From assembly GCF_037042905.1 (NCBI RefSeq), contig NC_087258.1, positions 13,144,001 through 13,208,000 on the forward strand: 64,000 bases of DNA. Direction: 5' to 3'. The DNA comes from Lytechinus pictus (lineage: Eukaryota). Made by a program: the position numbers and the translations under genes. Numbering within the stretch: position 1 is the stretch's first letter; each line of letters opens with the position of its first letter. The notes beneath the pieces were generated by a model. That model was not told the origin of the DNA. It ran no database searches and worked only from the letters and a program-made list of their open reading frames with translations. This document shows, piece after piece, positions 1 through 22,837 of this stretch.

Positions 1-3000
1 GTGAACTGTTCTCTTCTGTCTTTGCCTGATAGCCATTATGACCTTATCTGCACTGCTAGATTTCTGTTTGTCACTCTCTGATGCCAGTTTCCTAAATCTG
101 CAACAGAACAACAAAATAATCAACAACAACAAAAAATCCACAACTCTATTTTCTTTTTTGGGGGAGATGAAACTCACTAGGGCAATTCTATTTTAAACAG
201 GGGCGTTATTAGATTATTGCACTTCTTAGCGAAAATATCAATCCACAACAACCCTTTATTTGCATGTATTTAAAAAAATCAAACATTTCAGTACATGGGG
301 GCTAATTTGCCCCCCCCCGTGCCCCCATGACCCATGGAAATCTCTATAAGTGCAACTAAAATTCTCATTGGTAATTAAATGTAGCAAATTTTGGAATTTT
401 TTTGCCTGCTACATGTTCATGTACATGTATCTACAGACTACAGTACATCTATTTTCTATTTATTTATTTTATTATCACAGTTTTTTTTTTGGGGGGGTGC
501 CTATTCAGGGTTCCCACAGAAATTTGAACACATAATTCCATGACAAAATTACTGCTTTTTGTGACGTCCCGGGAGTTATGTAGAATTTGGGGGAAAAATG
601 GAAATCATGAACACCAATTATAATAGCAGAGTATGATCACAGTGTATGAGAGTTGCGAGACACAACAAACTGGAAAGCTGCCGCAGCCAAGAGATAAATG
701 CAATTCCATGACTTTTTCATGACTTTTCACAAATTTTCCAAACTCCCTGACTTTCCATGACCACAAATTTATCCAGGATTTTAGAGGATTTTCCAAGACC
801 GTGGGAACCCTGCTTTTCATGACAAACATACTTACTGTGACTGTACCCACCTTGGGCCCGTTGCATAAAACTTTTTACCTGAGAAAACTCTGGTAAAAAC
901 TGAAAACTAAGGTTAGTCTGATTTCTACCATTGACTTTAACACAGGGCAAAAACTCCGGTAAAAACAACCTGAGTTTTCTCAGGTAAAAAGTTTTATGCA
1001 ACGGGCCCCTTATGTTCATGTTAATACCACAATATACCTGGCATTAAGTCACAATAAAGTTTATAACATTGTGACTGTCCATGTATTATTAAATCAAATA
1101 ATTGTATGACTTACAAAGGACTAGCTGGGCGGTCTGGGAGTGGACAGGCAATCTTGACCATGACTGGAGTCTGGACTCTTGGTAACCCTTTCCTTTGACG
1201 AGGACTGGACATTCCTCCATCCTTCAACCAGTTGACCGAAGGAAGTAGTCCTGGAGAGGTCACAAGGTCGGGTTGGTGGGTCGGGTAGTGCATGCTGGGA
1301 TGGAGAAGGGAATCCTGACCAGAATTGAAGCGCAGCATTGTTGTACTTGAATCCAACTCAGGACTGGAAAAAAAACATCCAATTAATATCAGTTTAATTT
1401 CTTCCTTCATACATTTTAAGCTCAGCTAAAGGACACAGAAAATAAAGCTGATCGAAAGAGGACCAACAGTCCAACAAACAGTCATTCAATGCCTAGAGGC
1501 ATGTCAATGTCAAAATAAATGTACAAAGGAAATAATTGAGGCTGAGTGGCAATGCATATGGCATCAATTCTGGGAGTTGCCCTATAATCATAAGAGCAAT
1601 TTATTGCTCGCCTAAGCGAAATGGATTTTTGTAACATACAAATTTTGATATGAAAATATGTGGAAAAACTAGAAATCAAGCAACGTCATACACTTTTGTA
1701 ATGTTTTTACAACACTTTACTTCCATGTAGACGTGTCATTCAATGATCAAACTACATATTAGAGCCTACCTTGAAAACCTCATTCTCAGTCAAGGTTTTA
1801 TAAATAACACAATTAAACTAGATTACATTTAAGCAATAACACACATTTCAAATGCTCAAGATAAATATTGCATTCAGGGCATCTGATTTTTTCGTCACTT
1901 TTGGTTATGGTTAAAGGGGAATGAAACCTTTGGGATAATTAGGCTTTTGTCTGTGCGCCTCTACTGTAGTACATGTACTAGTAGTACAGCGTTTTATGGA
2001 TGACTAAGTCTAAGACTAAGCCTAGAAATTCTCTAGATCTATAGAGAGTATAGATACTAGATAGAGGGAGGCAGCGTAGAACAAGGTAGCTTGTGTGAAA
2101 ACAGAAAAATAAAAAAAACAGATTAACGAAAGTTTGAGAAAAATCGGACAAACAATGAGAAAGTTATGAGCATTTGAATATTGCAATCACTAATACTATG
2201 GAGATCCTCCCATTGGTAATGCGACAAGGATGTGTGATGTCACTTGTGAACAACTTTCCCTTTGGACTATAAAATACCCCCAAAATGTATCTTTTTGCTT
2301 TTTCTTATGATGGTGATAAGTTCTGGTCTGCGTGGCATTATGTTCACGCATGGGAATAGTGCCTTTTTCATTCCAATACATTGGCACAGCACATTGCACA
2401 AATAGCACAGACTCAGTTTTCAAACTTATCCAAGCTAGGAAGACAACAAGATAGACCTGGAAACTTGACTGCAGGAACAACTGTATTTTTCCAGTAGATG
2501 CGGTATAAAGGTATACTGTAAAGGTATAAAGTGATACAAACTCTTTATCCATGATATATTCTTTAAAAATCTGTATTACATGCCCTCCTATAGAAAGAAC
2601 ACATGATCTACTGATAAATGTGATAAAAGAGGCAATTTAAGTGCAATATATACTAAAGTAATGGGGGGGAGTTGTTCACAGGTGACATCACACATCTTTG
2701 TCGCATTGCCCATGTGAGGATCTCCATAGCATTAGTGATCGCAATATTCAAATGCTCATAACCTTTTCATTATTTGTCAAGTTTTTCTCAAACTTTCGTT
2801 GATCTGTTTCTTTGATTTTTCTGTTTTCACACAAGCTACCTTGTTCTACGCTGCCTCCCTCTATCTAGTATCTATACTCTCTATCTAGAGAATTTCTAGG
2901 CTTAGTCTTAGACTTAGTCATCCATAAAACGCTGTACTACTAGTACATGTACTACAGTAGAGGCGCACAGCCAATATTGGAGACTGTCTCCAATGTGGGA

Positions 3001-3999
3001 GATTATCTCCAATATCAGAGACTTTTGTAAAGAATTTGGGTATCCAATTTCAGAGACAGTCTCCAGTTTTGGAGACCAATTTCCTTTGTTTACATTTGCT
3101 GCCAAAGGATTACCTTGGCAGCAAATAAAAATGTGATAAGCAGATTCCTCATAAAAAATTACCCCTTTTCACCGTCTACTTTAAAATTTCACCGTCTACT
3201 TTTGTTTTGATAAGGATTTTTGTTGTCAATCACACACAAAACAAATGGGCTTCTGACCTGTGACACAAAATTTTGGGTGGAAAAAATCATGCTTTTGTTG
3301 GTGTTGTTTCTTTTGTCGTTTTGCAAAGCAAGTCTCCAATGTGGGAGGTTGTCTCCCCTATTGGAGAGAGTCTCCCATATTGGCCGTGCGCCTCTACTGT
3401 ACTAACGTAACTTACCTGTCTACTGATTTATTAGGGGGATAAATTGGTGACAATGGGAGCCTTGAGAATGAGAACTTGTCATCTGCGCTGTATCCTGTGG
3501 AAAAATTGAATCCTTCAGTAGCTTGCCTTGGACTCCATGTTGAAAAGTTTGCAGCTGCAGCTGTAGAATTTTTAAGAGGGACCCAATTTTGTTGAGTTTG
3601 ATGTGGACTTTTCCCTTGAAATTCGCTTGTCTCCACAGCAGTTCTAAACCTTCTTGGCTTTAGTGTTGGTCTTACATAATTAACGATATTTTCCTTTCCT
3701 CTCTCTTTGATGCTGTCTGTGAGTTTCGGTTGATATGCTGGCGGCAAGGACTTCTCAGATGCCCTACTGGTGGTGGCCTCCTCTTCCGGTCGTGTCCGCC
3801 AGAACTTCGGGGCAGTCGTGCTCAAAGTCCGCACGTGGGTCAGGATCCGCGAGGCACAAGCCGGATTTTGTGACAAGTGAAACGCAATGAATGAACCAAC
3901 AGTTATAACAAAAAATACAGTTAAAGTAAAAGGCAAAACAAGTAGAAAAAGATATAGAATTATCAATACTAAAGCTGCTATTCCAATAACCACACGCAT
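1..3999 (-). CDS. POM121: POM121-like transmembrane nucleoporin, 5' part; exons 3999-3416, 1363-1115, 97-1 (continues out of window)
   Basis: Exon 1 encodes an N-terminal hydrophobic segment followed by Ser/Pro-rich sequence. GT/AG sites keep frame (phase 2 at both introns). The spliced peptides TPVMVKIACP and SSSADKVIMAIRQRQKRTVH resemble the POM121 motifs SPVTVRIAPP and PCAKETVLSALKEKEKKRTV, recognised from memory and not searched. Confidence 0.72.
506..812. mobile_element. Non-autonomous DNA transposon with hAT-like CAGGG ends
   Basis: 12-bp TIR CAGGGTTCCCAC...GTGGGAACCCTG and repeated TTCCATGAC motifs; TSD not clear. Confidence 0.7.
854..1008. mobile_element. PIF/Harbinger-like MITE
   Basis: 37-bp perfect TIR starting GGGCCCGTTGCATAAAAC; 3-bp TSD CTT. 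Confidence 0.85.
1915..2846. mobile_element. TTAA-target (Kolobok-like) foldback MITE, rearranged
   Basis: Begins TTAA|AGGGGAATGAAACC. Long imperfect inverted arms at about 2080-2260 and 2665-2846. Right terminus missing. Confidence 0.7.
2319..2530 (+). mobile_element. Secondary insertion inside the MITE, possibly a truncated non-LTR element 3' end
   Basis: Flanked by GTGATA direct repeats (2313-2318, 2531-2536) and ends in GGTATAAA-like tandem units. Confidence 0.35.
2955..3399. mobile_element. Tc1/mariner-like MITE
   Basis: TIR CAGTAGAGGCGCAC(A/G)GCCAATAT, TA on both sides, repeated GGAGAC/GTCTCC subterminal motifs; ends about 16 nt from the POM121-like exon 1 donor. Confidence 0.8.
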
Positions 4000-4463
4000 C
4001 TTTGCATTAAATTGACCTTTCTTCCTCGTCTTGTAATTCGAAGTTCAAATTTCAACATTTTTCCGCTGCAGACAGAAGTGCACTGAAGAGTTAAAATTAT
4101 TACGGTACGGTACGGTATTGGACAATTAAAAAAAGAAAACATAACGTGCTAACCATTAAAAAAAAGTAATTGACTGCTGGCTGCTCTCCTATGATTTTTT
4201 CAAGTACATGTAAGTGTAAAAGGAAAAAAAGAGGTGACAATGGGAAAACATACGAAATAAATGGGGGAAAGAGTAAAAACATACATAGAAATATACGAAC
4301 ATTCACCCAAATAATCTATACGGTACGGTACCTTTCAATACTTTGCTTGCTTGGATAATCAGGAGGTAGCCATATTCCTTTTTGTGATGTAGGCCTTATA
4401 TTCGAGTTTTTAATGTGACGAAGCCTTTGACCCATGATTTCAATGGACTTGAACACAGATATC

Positions 4464-4624
4464 CAGGGGCTGCGGAACGGTTTTCAAAGTGGGGGGGGGG
4501 GGGGGCTGACCATGCAAAAAATCACAATCACTGCATGATGGTCATTTTTCGTTTTTGTACACGGTTTTGGAAAAAAAAGTGGGGGCTGAAGCCCCCAGCC
4601 CCCCCCCCGCTTCCGCGGCCCCTG
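4464..4624. mobile_element. MITE with CAGGGG ends and 5-bp TSD (hAT5-like)
   Basis: TIR CAGGGGC(T/C)GCGGAA, TSD ATATC; relatives at 43746 and 63900. Confidence 0.8.
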
Positions 4625-5691
4625 ATATCAATGATGTCATAATCCTACATGAGTATAATTGCAGTAAACTTATAGGCATAATTGCAAAATAATACGAGAA
4701 ACGATACTAAAAAGTGTTTATCATATAAATCTTATCAATTGAAAATGTTCATTGAAAGGAAAAAAAAACTACCTGTCGATTTTGTATTTAGTGACCTTTT
4801 ATTTTATTGCACGGAGAGAATGTGAGCAACCCGGTGAGCAATATCGAAAGTTCAAACATGTGCAAATAATTAAGGTAAACAAAACTGTAGGCCTATTTAT
4901 TTCCGTCTGATTGGTAGATAAAACTAAAAAGTTAAAGCGGAATAATAATCATGAACAGATACTTCAGGATTTGGCACTGAAGAATCCCTTTACCACCTGT
5001 ATATACATTTAGTCATGCATTGGGAGCAGAACCCCCCTTTCGTGCCTTATACGGGAATAAAGGCGACGCGAGGGGGGTCGCTTTGTGAAATTCGTCTTTC
5101 TCTCGTCAACTTAATTCAGAAAGATAAAGGATGTGAACGCGTCTTTCATTTTTTTTAAATTAAAATAACCCCTACATCGAAAACAGCCGTTTATGTATTA
5201 CCAGCTACATGCAGGACTGGTAGTTTGAATGAATAAAACGGCTGTTTTCGACTCGCTGTATGTGACTGCAGCATGAAGCACGAAATGGATTTTGTTGATC
5301 TTTATCGTTTTGCAATGGACATGATGCATGCTGGGGCTCTGGACAACAAGGACTACGTCCATCAATCAATAGACAAATCAAAATGAAAAAGAATTGCACA
5401 TATAACTGTTCTTATATAGTGGTAAATGAGAAAATTTCCTCATTCAAACGATGGAACAATCTACAACAGTTCTATTTTTGAAGCCCATTTAATAAGAGAG
5501 ATAAATAAGTGAAAGGAACAATAGGAGATTCATGAGTGGGATCCACAGATATATGGCTCAACAGATTTGGCGCAACATAAATGCTGTGGGTCATCTTTTT
5601 TACTTTATCTTTCCCCCTTTCCTCCTCTTTCTCTTTAATTTTCTCTTCCCCCACCACACAGTCACTGCGGTAGGTTTACACATTAAAAATA

Positions 5692-6057
5692 CTCTTCCAT
5701 TACGTTTATCAAAAAAGGGGGCAATTTTCCCAATTAGCCCCCATCCTGGCTCACTCCTTTTGAAAAAGATTAAGGATTAAACGCGCTCTTCTCATCTTGT
5801 TTTTTTTCTTCAGAAAAATGGGACACTTTCCCCAAGTTTTCCTCATTTTGGCTCACCCTTTTTGAAAAGACCATGGATGAAATGCTCTCTTCCCATTTCT
5901 ACAAATGGGAAAATGTGGGAACTTTTCCCAATTCCCCCCCCCCCCTCCTGACTCAACTCTTTTGAAAAAAAAAATATTACGGATTAAACGTGTTCTTCCC
6001 ATTTCGTTAATTGAGAAAATGGGGGCACTTTCCCAAATGTGTACCCATCCTGGCTTC
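5692..6057. repeat. Diverged tandem repeat, about 100-bp period, about 4 units
   Basis: Recurring CTCTTCCCAT...AAAATGGG...TTTCCCAA...CCTGGCTCA...TTTTGAAAA...GGATTAAACG blocks. Confidence 0.6.
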
Positions 6058-7134
6058 CAGGCGTAGGTATATATGAGCAAATTATAAAATGGGGGTGGGG
6101 GCGTGGTAGATATAGATTATTTTAATTGAAAAAATCTATTATTATGAAAGATTTCAAACTATAAATAACATATTTCAACCCTTTTCTTTTCTTTCCTTAT
6201 CTTTCTCTTTCTCCCTCTTTCTTGATCGTAACTTTTTTCTTGGGGGGAGGGGTCCATGGCCACACCCCACCTATACGGTACTAAGTAATGTCTATGCCAT
6301 TGTGGTTAATCAATACGTGATTAGTGTTAGAACATTCAACTGTCGTGGTAAGGTTAACAGGAAGAAGCGAGTGGGCGAATTTGATAACCGTATTCACGTC
6401 GAGGAAGGACGGTTTAAAAGGGGGATCACGGGGTTGCGACTCCCTTAAAAATAAATGGTGCATTAGCAATGAAAATGAGGGGGTATTATGAGAGTCTATC
6501 ATGTCTATAATGATATCTCATTTTCGAAATAAAGTCCTTAATCGAATATTATTCTTTGTACTTTGCAGGCAAGGTTTTGCGATCCGCTTTCTAGCTAATC
6601 AATATATTTTGTAATGTTTATCTATTTAAATGAATAAATATGTAAGTTTAATTTGAATTCAAATTCAAATTTGAACATGATGCAGAGGCCTAGCCTATTA
6701 TTGATTTCATATTCTGCTTTAGGTATCTAACTTAGTTTATACTAATCTGGAGCAAGAGAAAATAACATCAAACAACAAAAATACATGCAAAATATAAACA
6801 TATGAGCATAACAAAAGAAGCTCCCCTGAACGGCCATGTTTAATTCATTCCAGGGTACACTAAGCAGCGATCCATCAATAACAAAATGGGGGGGGGGGGG
6901 GGCAAACCAGTCCCACTTTCGAAAGTGATCACAAACTGATAAAAGCGGAACCTCGCCCTATCCTTATGAAAGACCTGTATCTACCCGTGCCATTTTTATG
7001 ACAGTATATTGCTCATCAACTTTTGCTATTCTTCGTCACTCTTGGTTTGAAACTCGTCGAGTTCATACTGACACGTTGCCGTTGGGTAGTTCTCTCGACT
7101 TTGGCTACTACTGAGAAGCAGAAACTCTTCAAAT

Positions 7135-12195
<5,061 letters not shown>

Positions 12196-13261
12196 AGTCA
12201 CTCGGCAACCATAACTTATCCATTAACCTCATATTAAGTATGATAAATATACAACTGGGGAGGGGGTCGGAATGCAAGATACTTGACCTACTTTTTCAGT
12301 TACACCAGCTATAAACTTAGCTCTACCCAAGAGCTACTTAACTATCTAAAAGAAAAAAACGTATATGAGCATTTATCTTTTTATTTCGGCGTTCATATAA
12401 CAAATAAAGAGTTAAACAATGTTTTTTTTTACTATAGGCTAATTGCGTCTAAAGAAAACCCGCATAGACTTATAAAAATGTAATACAATAAACAATATAA
12501 ACATTACAAAATCAATAAGAATTCTTACGTATAATCAATGAAATAATAAATACATGGAACACCTTATAAACAAGCGCGATTAAATAAGAGGTACAGTCTT
12601 TCATATTCGTTGAAACGACGCGCGTCGCGACGCTTTTTGGAAGACGAGGCCTGGGAGACGAGGACTTTAGTCTACTGGCCAGTGTGGTCTTCATTATTGC
12701 TCGCGAGGGCGTAGTGCAATAATGTGCAATGAAAGAATATGATCAAAGAAGTGGTATGATGGGCATCTCACAACACACATGTATTTTGATAGTCATAAGT
12801 CAATTTGGGTCTTAAATTTGATATGAAATAAAATCCAACAGATTGTGTATGATAGATCATGTAGGCAAGACGTTGTCTTGTGACCCGTTTCATAAAACTT
12901 ATACTAACTTGTTATAGAAATTGTGCATTTTTTTATAAGAATAAGCCTTTCTGTGACCATGGTAACGGGATGGACCCTGTATTTCTCTCTGACGAGATGT
13001 TCGTCCGTTGACCATGCTCGATCACTCTATCTCAAAATTTTCTTTTGCTTATTAGAGTACACTCAGAAAACATTACTCAAATAAAATAAACCATGATTGT
13101 TTTTACATTATTTTGTTACTGAGTCGCACCATGTGGATAGAAATTTGATTCTTCAGCTGAGAAGCGAATACCAAAAATAATACAATATTTTGAAGTACAA
13201 TGCAATACTAACGATTTTCAAGATTAAAGAATTTTCGATTTCATCATGTTATATCTTTCTT

Positions 13262-14486
13262 GCAGTTCAAAGTCTTGTCATTTTTAACATGTTTGAAACG
13301 GGGTACTAGTGAAAATGAAGAGTTTGACTGAACTATATGATGGTGACGACGACAATGCTTATGATGATGATGATGATGGTGGTGATGATGAAGATGATAA
13401 CGGCGACGACGACGGAGATGATGATGACGATAATCATGATGACGACGATGATAATGGCGATGAGGATGATGACAATGATGATGGTGATAATGATGGAGAT
13501 GAGGGTGATGATGACGACGATCAGGATGACGATGGTGGTGATGATGATAATGACACTGATGACGATAATGATGACGATGATGATAATGATGGAGATGATG
13601 ATAATGATGGTGATGACGATAACGTTGATAAATGGTGATGGTGACGACGATGATGATGGTGACAATGATGATGATGATGAAGACGACAAAGTCGATGACG
13701 ATGATGATGAAGGAGGAGGTGATTTTGGAAATGATTATGATAATACCAAGGAAGGGTAAAGAAGGAGTGTCGGAGGAAGAGGTTAAGTAGGGGAACTTAG
13801 CGGTGGTGATGGAGATGGTGGTTGTAAAACCATGGAAGAATTATTCTCCTAATGTTCGGGATGATGATAGGAGTGGTCTAATGATGTTGGTGACAAGGGG
13901 AACAATGGCAATTCAAAGTCTTGTCATTTTTAGCATGTTTGAGTCGGGGGTAATTGTGAAAATGAAGAGTTTGACTGAACTATGATGATGGTGACGACGA
14001 CAATGTTTATGATGATGATGATGATGATGAGGTGGTGATGATGATATCGGCGACGACGATGACAACAATGGTGATGACGATGATGATAATGACAATGAGG
14101 ATGATGAGGATGATGATGATGATGATAATGATGGTGATGACGATATGATGACGATAATGATGATGACGATAATAATGATGACGATGATGACATTGACGGT
14201 GATGACAATAACGTTGATAATGGTGATGGTGACGACGATGGTGATGATGATGACGACGACGATGGTAATGATGATGAAGACGACGACGATGATGATGATG
14301 AAGGAGAGGGTTATGGATATGATAATACCAAGGAAGTAGAAAGAGGGGGTGTCGGAGGAAGAGGTTAAGGAGGGAAACTTAGCGGTGATGATGGAGATGG
14401 TGGTAAAACCATGGAAGAATGATTCCCCTAATGTTCGGGATGATGATAGGAGTGGTCTAATGATGTTGGTGACAAGGGGAACAATG
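13262..14486. repeat. Tandem duplication (about 645 + 580 bp) containing degenerate (GAT)n tracts
   Basis: Both units start TTCAAAGTCTTGTCATTTTTA and end GTGACAAGGGGAACAATG. Confidence 0.9.
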
Positions 14487-14697
14487 ACCGATATGGAAGG
14501 CAGGTCAGTGTTGAAGCATAAATATACCTTAATCATTTTTTCCAGGCTTATAGCAGAATAACTGAAAAAGAAAGGTTTCAATCAAAGAACTGAAGCAAAT
14601 CATCGAACATTGCAAACGAAACATGATGTACAATCAATCGTGAAAATAAAGCGTTTATCAATTGCTACACTTGCCATGCTCGTGTTGATGAACCCTG

Positions 14698-14826
14698 GGT
14701 CCCGTAACACAAAGGTTAGCGATTGATCGTACGCTTGATTTTTACGACTGATTGTACATTGTAGTCAATGGAATCAATCGTACAAAACTGATGTACGATG
14801 ATTGCTAAGCTTTGTGTTACGGGCCC
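14698..14826. mobile_element. PIF/Harbinger-like MITE upstream of gene 2
   Basis: TIR GG(T/G)CCCGTAACACAAAG, TSD CTG. Confidence 0.8.
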
Positions 14827-14880
14827 CTGGAATCCGTATTGACAAAGTGACCATGTAAAATGAAACATCAAATGCCACTA

Positions 14881-15084
14881 TGTTTATTTTATCACCATGT
14901 AAACGAAGATATTTGGCTTATGACATAACCAGGATTTAATGTTTAACCAGATGAAGGAGCAGCCAGCCCAACACAATTCCCGCCCAAATATTGGTTGCTA
15001 ACGGTCACTTGTCTCATTCATGTTCGAGCATTGCTGGTCTCAAGTTTTGCCGTTTTGCCTTTGTAGACGAGTAAAACCATCATC
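14881..15084 (+). promoter_or_regulatory. Proximal promoter and 5' UTR of gene 2
   Basis: Blocks conserved with gene 3: ATCACCATGTAAAC (14891) and GTTGCTAACGGTCACTTGTCTCATTC (14994). Confidence 0.55.
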
Positions 15085-19163
<4,079 letters not shown>

Positions 19164-19639
19164 TCAATAAGTCTCAAATCTTTAAGAATTTAAAAAAATT
19201 ATAATTATCTGGGTATTATATACGAGGGTCAATGCAATCAAATTGATTCTTCTTGTAATCAAACAGAGACTTTTTACAAAATGTATTCATTATCATTGAG
19301 TTAATTCTTTTTGAGCGAAGTGATAACGTATAATCACTTGCGTTTACGAATCAAGAAGCCGAGAGGCACGTCTTATCTATATATGTGCTTATTTCTGCAT
19401 TACAAATGTCTGTAACTGTTCTTGATTTTTTTACAATACTTTTGAACAACTTTACGAACACTGATAAACATTTAATTTCTATACGTACACGAGCATTCGC
19501 TACATATAGTGACATTCCGCACACTGACAGCATTACGATTCATGCAGAATAAAATATTTTATTAAATCATTAAATTATTTCAGTAATTGATGTTCAGAGG
19601 TTGATTTCATCCGACTATGATGCAATATCATTATGATCT

Positions 19640-20730
19640 ATTGAAGACGACAGATGACAGTGATGATGATGATGATGATAACCATATTGTTGAGGTGGAA
19701 GTGATAATGTTCATGTTGATAGTGGTGATGATGATGGAAATAATCTGGGAGCGATGACACAGATTANNNNNNNNNNNNNNNNNNNNNNNNNNNNNNNNNN
19801 NNNNNNNNNNNNNNNNNNNNNNNNNNNNNNNNNNNNNNNNNNNNNNNNNNNNNNNNNNNNNNNNNNNNNNNNNNNNNNNNNNNNNNNNNNNNNNNNNNNN
19901 NNNNNNNNNNNNNNNNNNNNNNNNNNNNNNNATGGTGACAGCGATAATGCTGGTGAAGATGACGACGAACAAGCTGAAGAAAATGATGATAACAAATAAC
20001 TGACGAAGTGGATCATGGTGCCTATGATGAGTATTGATAATGGTGATGATAACGATGAGTACGATGATTGGTGATGATAATCATGAGGTGGTATTGATTA
20101 TGAGAGTGTTGAAGGTGGTAGTGATGATCTTGGTGATGATGACGATGTACATGAAGAAGGAGATAATTGTAAGAATTACGCTGACGAAGAAAGTAGTGGT
20201 TATGATGATTTATGATAACGGTAACGACAATGATCGTTGATGGTGATGTTGAAGGTGATGATGATGATGACAATAATGACGAGATGATGCCATGGACCTA
20301 TCCACGGAGGATTATCTATTGTTATGGGGGGTGCTGTGACAATGCTCAGCACCCCCAGTATCACATAATAATTATCCGTGGACAGGTCCCTGGTTGATGC
20401 AGATGATAATGCCCATGTGGTGATGATGGTGGTACTAGTCTGGTAGTAAATACGAAGATTATAATGTCGATGGCGGTGGTGATGATGCTGAAGACAAGAG
20501 AGATGATGATGAAATTGCTTTCGAATAAGATGTTGATGGTGACGACAACGATGGTTGATGGTGGTGGCGGTGATGGTGATGAGGACCGTGATGATAATTT
20601 ATAATAAAGATTGCGATGAAGGAGATGATGATGAAACACTCTGCTAAAGACGATGGATGTGACGTTAATAATTGATGATGATTGTGATGGAGACGGCGTC
20701 GATAATTGATGGTGGTGGTGAGTGATGATA
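19640..20730. repeat. Degenerate (GAT/GGT)n low-complexity tract
   Basis: Read directly from the sequence; interrupted by the assembly gap. Confidence 0.85.
19767..19931. other. Assembly gap (165 N)
   Basis: Run of N. Confidence 0.99.
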
Positions 20731-22300
20731 GAAGGTATCTATCCCAGGAATATCGAGGCATGGAAGGTTATCACCAGATTACTAAAATATTAAACAGTTG
20801 ATGTAAGTAAAAAAAAAAACCGGCAGTCATGCTTCATCCCATTAATCCACTCCCCATTCAATGGCACCCCCTTTGTAAGTGAAGTCTACAATAAATGGAA
20901 TGAGGCAAGAGCAGCGCTAGGATACTCTTATAAGGAACGGGGGCGGGGGGCAAAGATGACATAATTTGTCTTCACTTGGATAGTAAGCGCGTTAGAATGA
21001 AGCATACTGTTCTTTTATAATCCTTCTTTCTTTTTTATTTCCTTCTCTCTCTCTCTCTCTCTTCATAGTTGAACATTCGGTTAGACTCAAAGGATCGTTA
21101 TTGGAATAGTCAAAAGAGAGGTTCATTAATTTGTCCGAACGTCGTTATTCCGGAAACGATTCGTAATTCGATATTCGGAATGTTCGATAGTCCCAAAACG
21201 AAATCAGATTCATATAGTGCGTTATATGTTCTAAATTTGGGGATCATCGCGAACACTCGGAATCAGAAATCCTATTTTCTTTTTGGATTAACAAACATCA
21301 TGGATAGCAAATATTCTTGATAATGATGCAAACGATCGCACTAACTAACACCCCTTCTCATTTTTGAATTTGAACGGACTTCTTGATAGGTCTATGTAAT
21401 TTGTGTGTTTAGGGAAAAAAACATGACGAGCATTCTAAAGATATGCCACGAATGTTTTGATTAACGAACCCCTTATCGTCCCCGAACTTACCATGTCTAT
21501 GGACATATTGAGAGGATATGAAATTTGCGTGTTTAGAAATAACGATTGATACCCCTCCAAAATATTATATGGGGCGGCCACTCATCCCCTATCTGTGGCG
21601 CCGTTTCAGGGTTGAAAAGATAATAAAGATGCTTTCTGAGTTAACGGGACTATGACAGTGTCAATTAAAATGTTCTGTGTCAATACTGGAATCCAGAACT
21701 ACTTGATAAGCAGAAAATGTCGAGGATTTAACCTTGGACCACAAAGCTTTGCAAAATAATATTATTTCACGGCATAAGGGACATTTTTAATCTTCGTAAT
21801 TTCGTGACATTATAAGAAGTTTCGTATCACAAATCAAAAACTTATTTTGCATGATATCATAATTACATTTTTTTGTTATCACAAATAATGAAACTGAAGT
21901 TGATGGTAAAATGAAATTGGAATAAATTCATTTTGTACGGTTTTGCCATTGAAGCCAAAAATCTCTAAGTTTGAAATTTGAATTTTTCCCATTGCTCACT
22001 ATCAGACTATTTTGAGTTGAATTGCTTAAATAGAATAATCACTTAAAATCAAAAGAAATGTTAATGGTTTTGTGATCGACCAAAACTTTTGATCAGCAGC
22101 TTCTAAATCAAAAAAGTTTATAAAATTTGACTTGATGAATACATACGGCTCGGAGCTATCATTCTTGATTGCGCAAATGGAATTGTTTATCCACGTTTTA
22201 TATAATTCAGAACCAATAGCCATGACTTAATAGACGTGTTAATTAAGCTTGTTTACCTATAACGGTTAAAGCTCAGTCACACCAAGTTAGCAGACTCCAG

Positions 22301-22837
22301 GGTCCCGTCTTACAAAGAGTTATGATTGATCCAATCAACCTCAAATATATGGAAAGCCAGCAACGTAAACGTCGAAAATGTAAGTTTGTTCAAAATATTT
22401 TCTTGATATGATGTATATTAATACATTAATTGTTTTCGTGACAAGTATGCTGCTCTTTGTATTTCGGAGGACATTGTGCAAATTTCCTACAGAAAAATTA
22501 TGACATTGATGGATTTCTATATAGTTGAGGTTGATCAGGGGCCCGTAAAGAGTTACGATTGATCCAATCAATCGCATCTCTATATGGAAATCCATCAGTG
22601 CCATAATTTTTTAAAAGGAAATTTGTAAAATGTCCTTTGAAAACACAGGAGAACACACCAAATTGTCATGAAATCGATGAATTTATGAATATACATCATA
22701 TCTAGAATTTTTTTTAAACAAACATGCATTTTATATATTGACTTTGGCTGGCTTTCCATAGTTGCGATTGATCGGATCAATCGCAACCTTTGTAAGACGG
22801 CCCCCAGATCAATCGTAACTCTTTGTAAGACGGGGCC
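22301..22837. mobile_element. Harbinger-like MITE with a second copy of the same family (22539-22804) inserted in its right arm
   Basis: Outer TSD CAG (22298-22300, 22838-22840); inner TSD CAG (22536-22538, 22805-22807). Confidence 0.8.

Noticed and set aside
13309-13638. Poly-Asp ORF resembling an acidic biomineral protein
   Set aside because: It arises from a (GAT)n tract. There is no signal peptide, upstream in-frame stops block splicing in from the nearby AG, and the duplicate unit has a stop after MKSLTEL.
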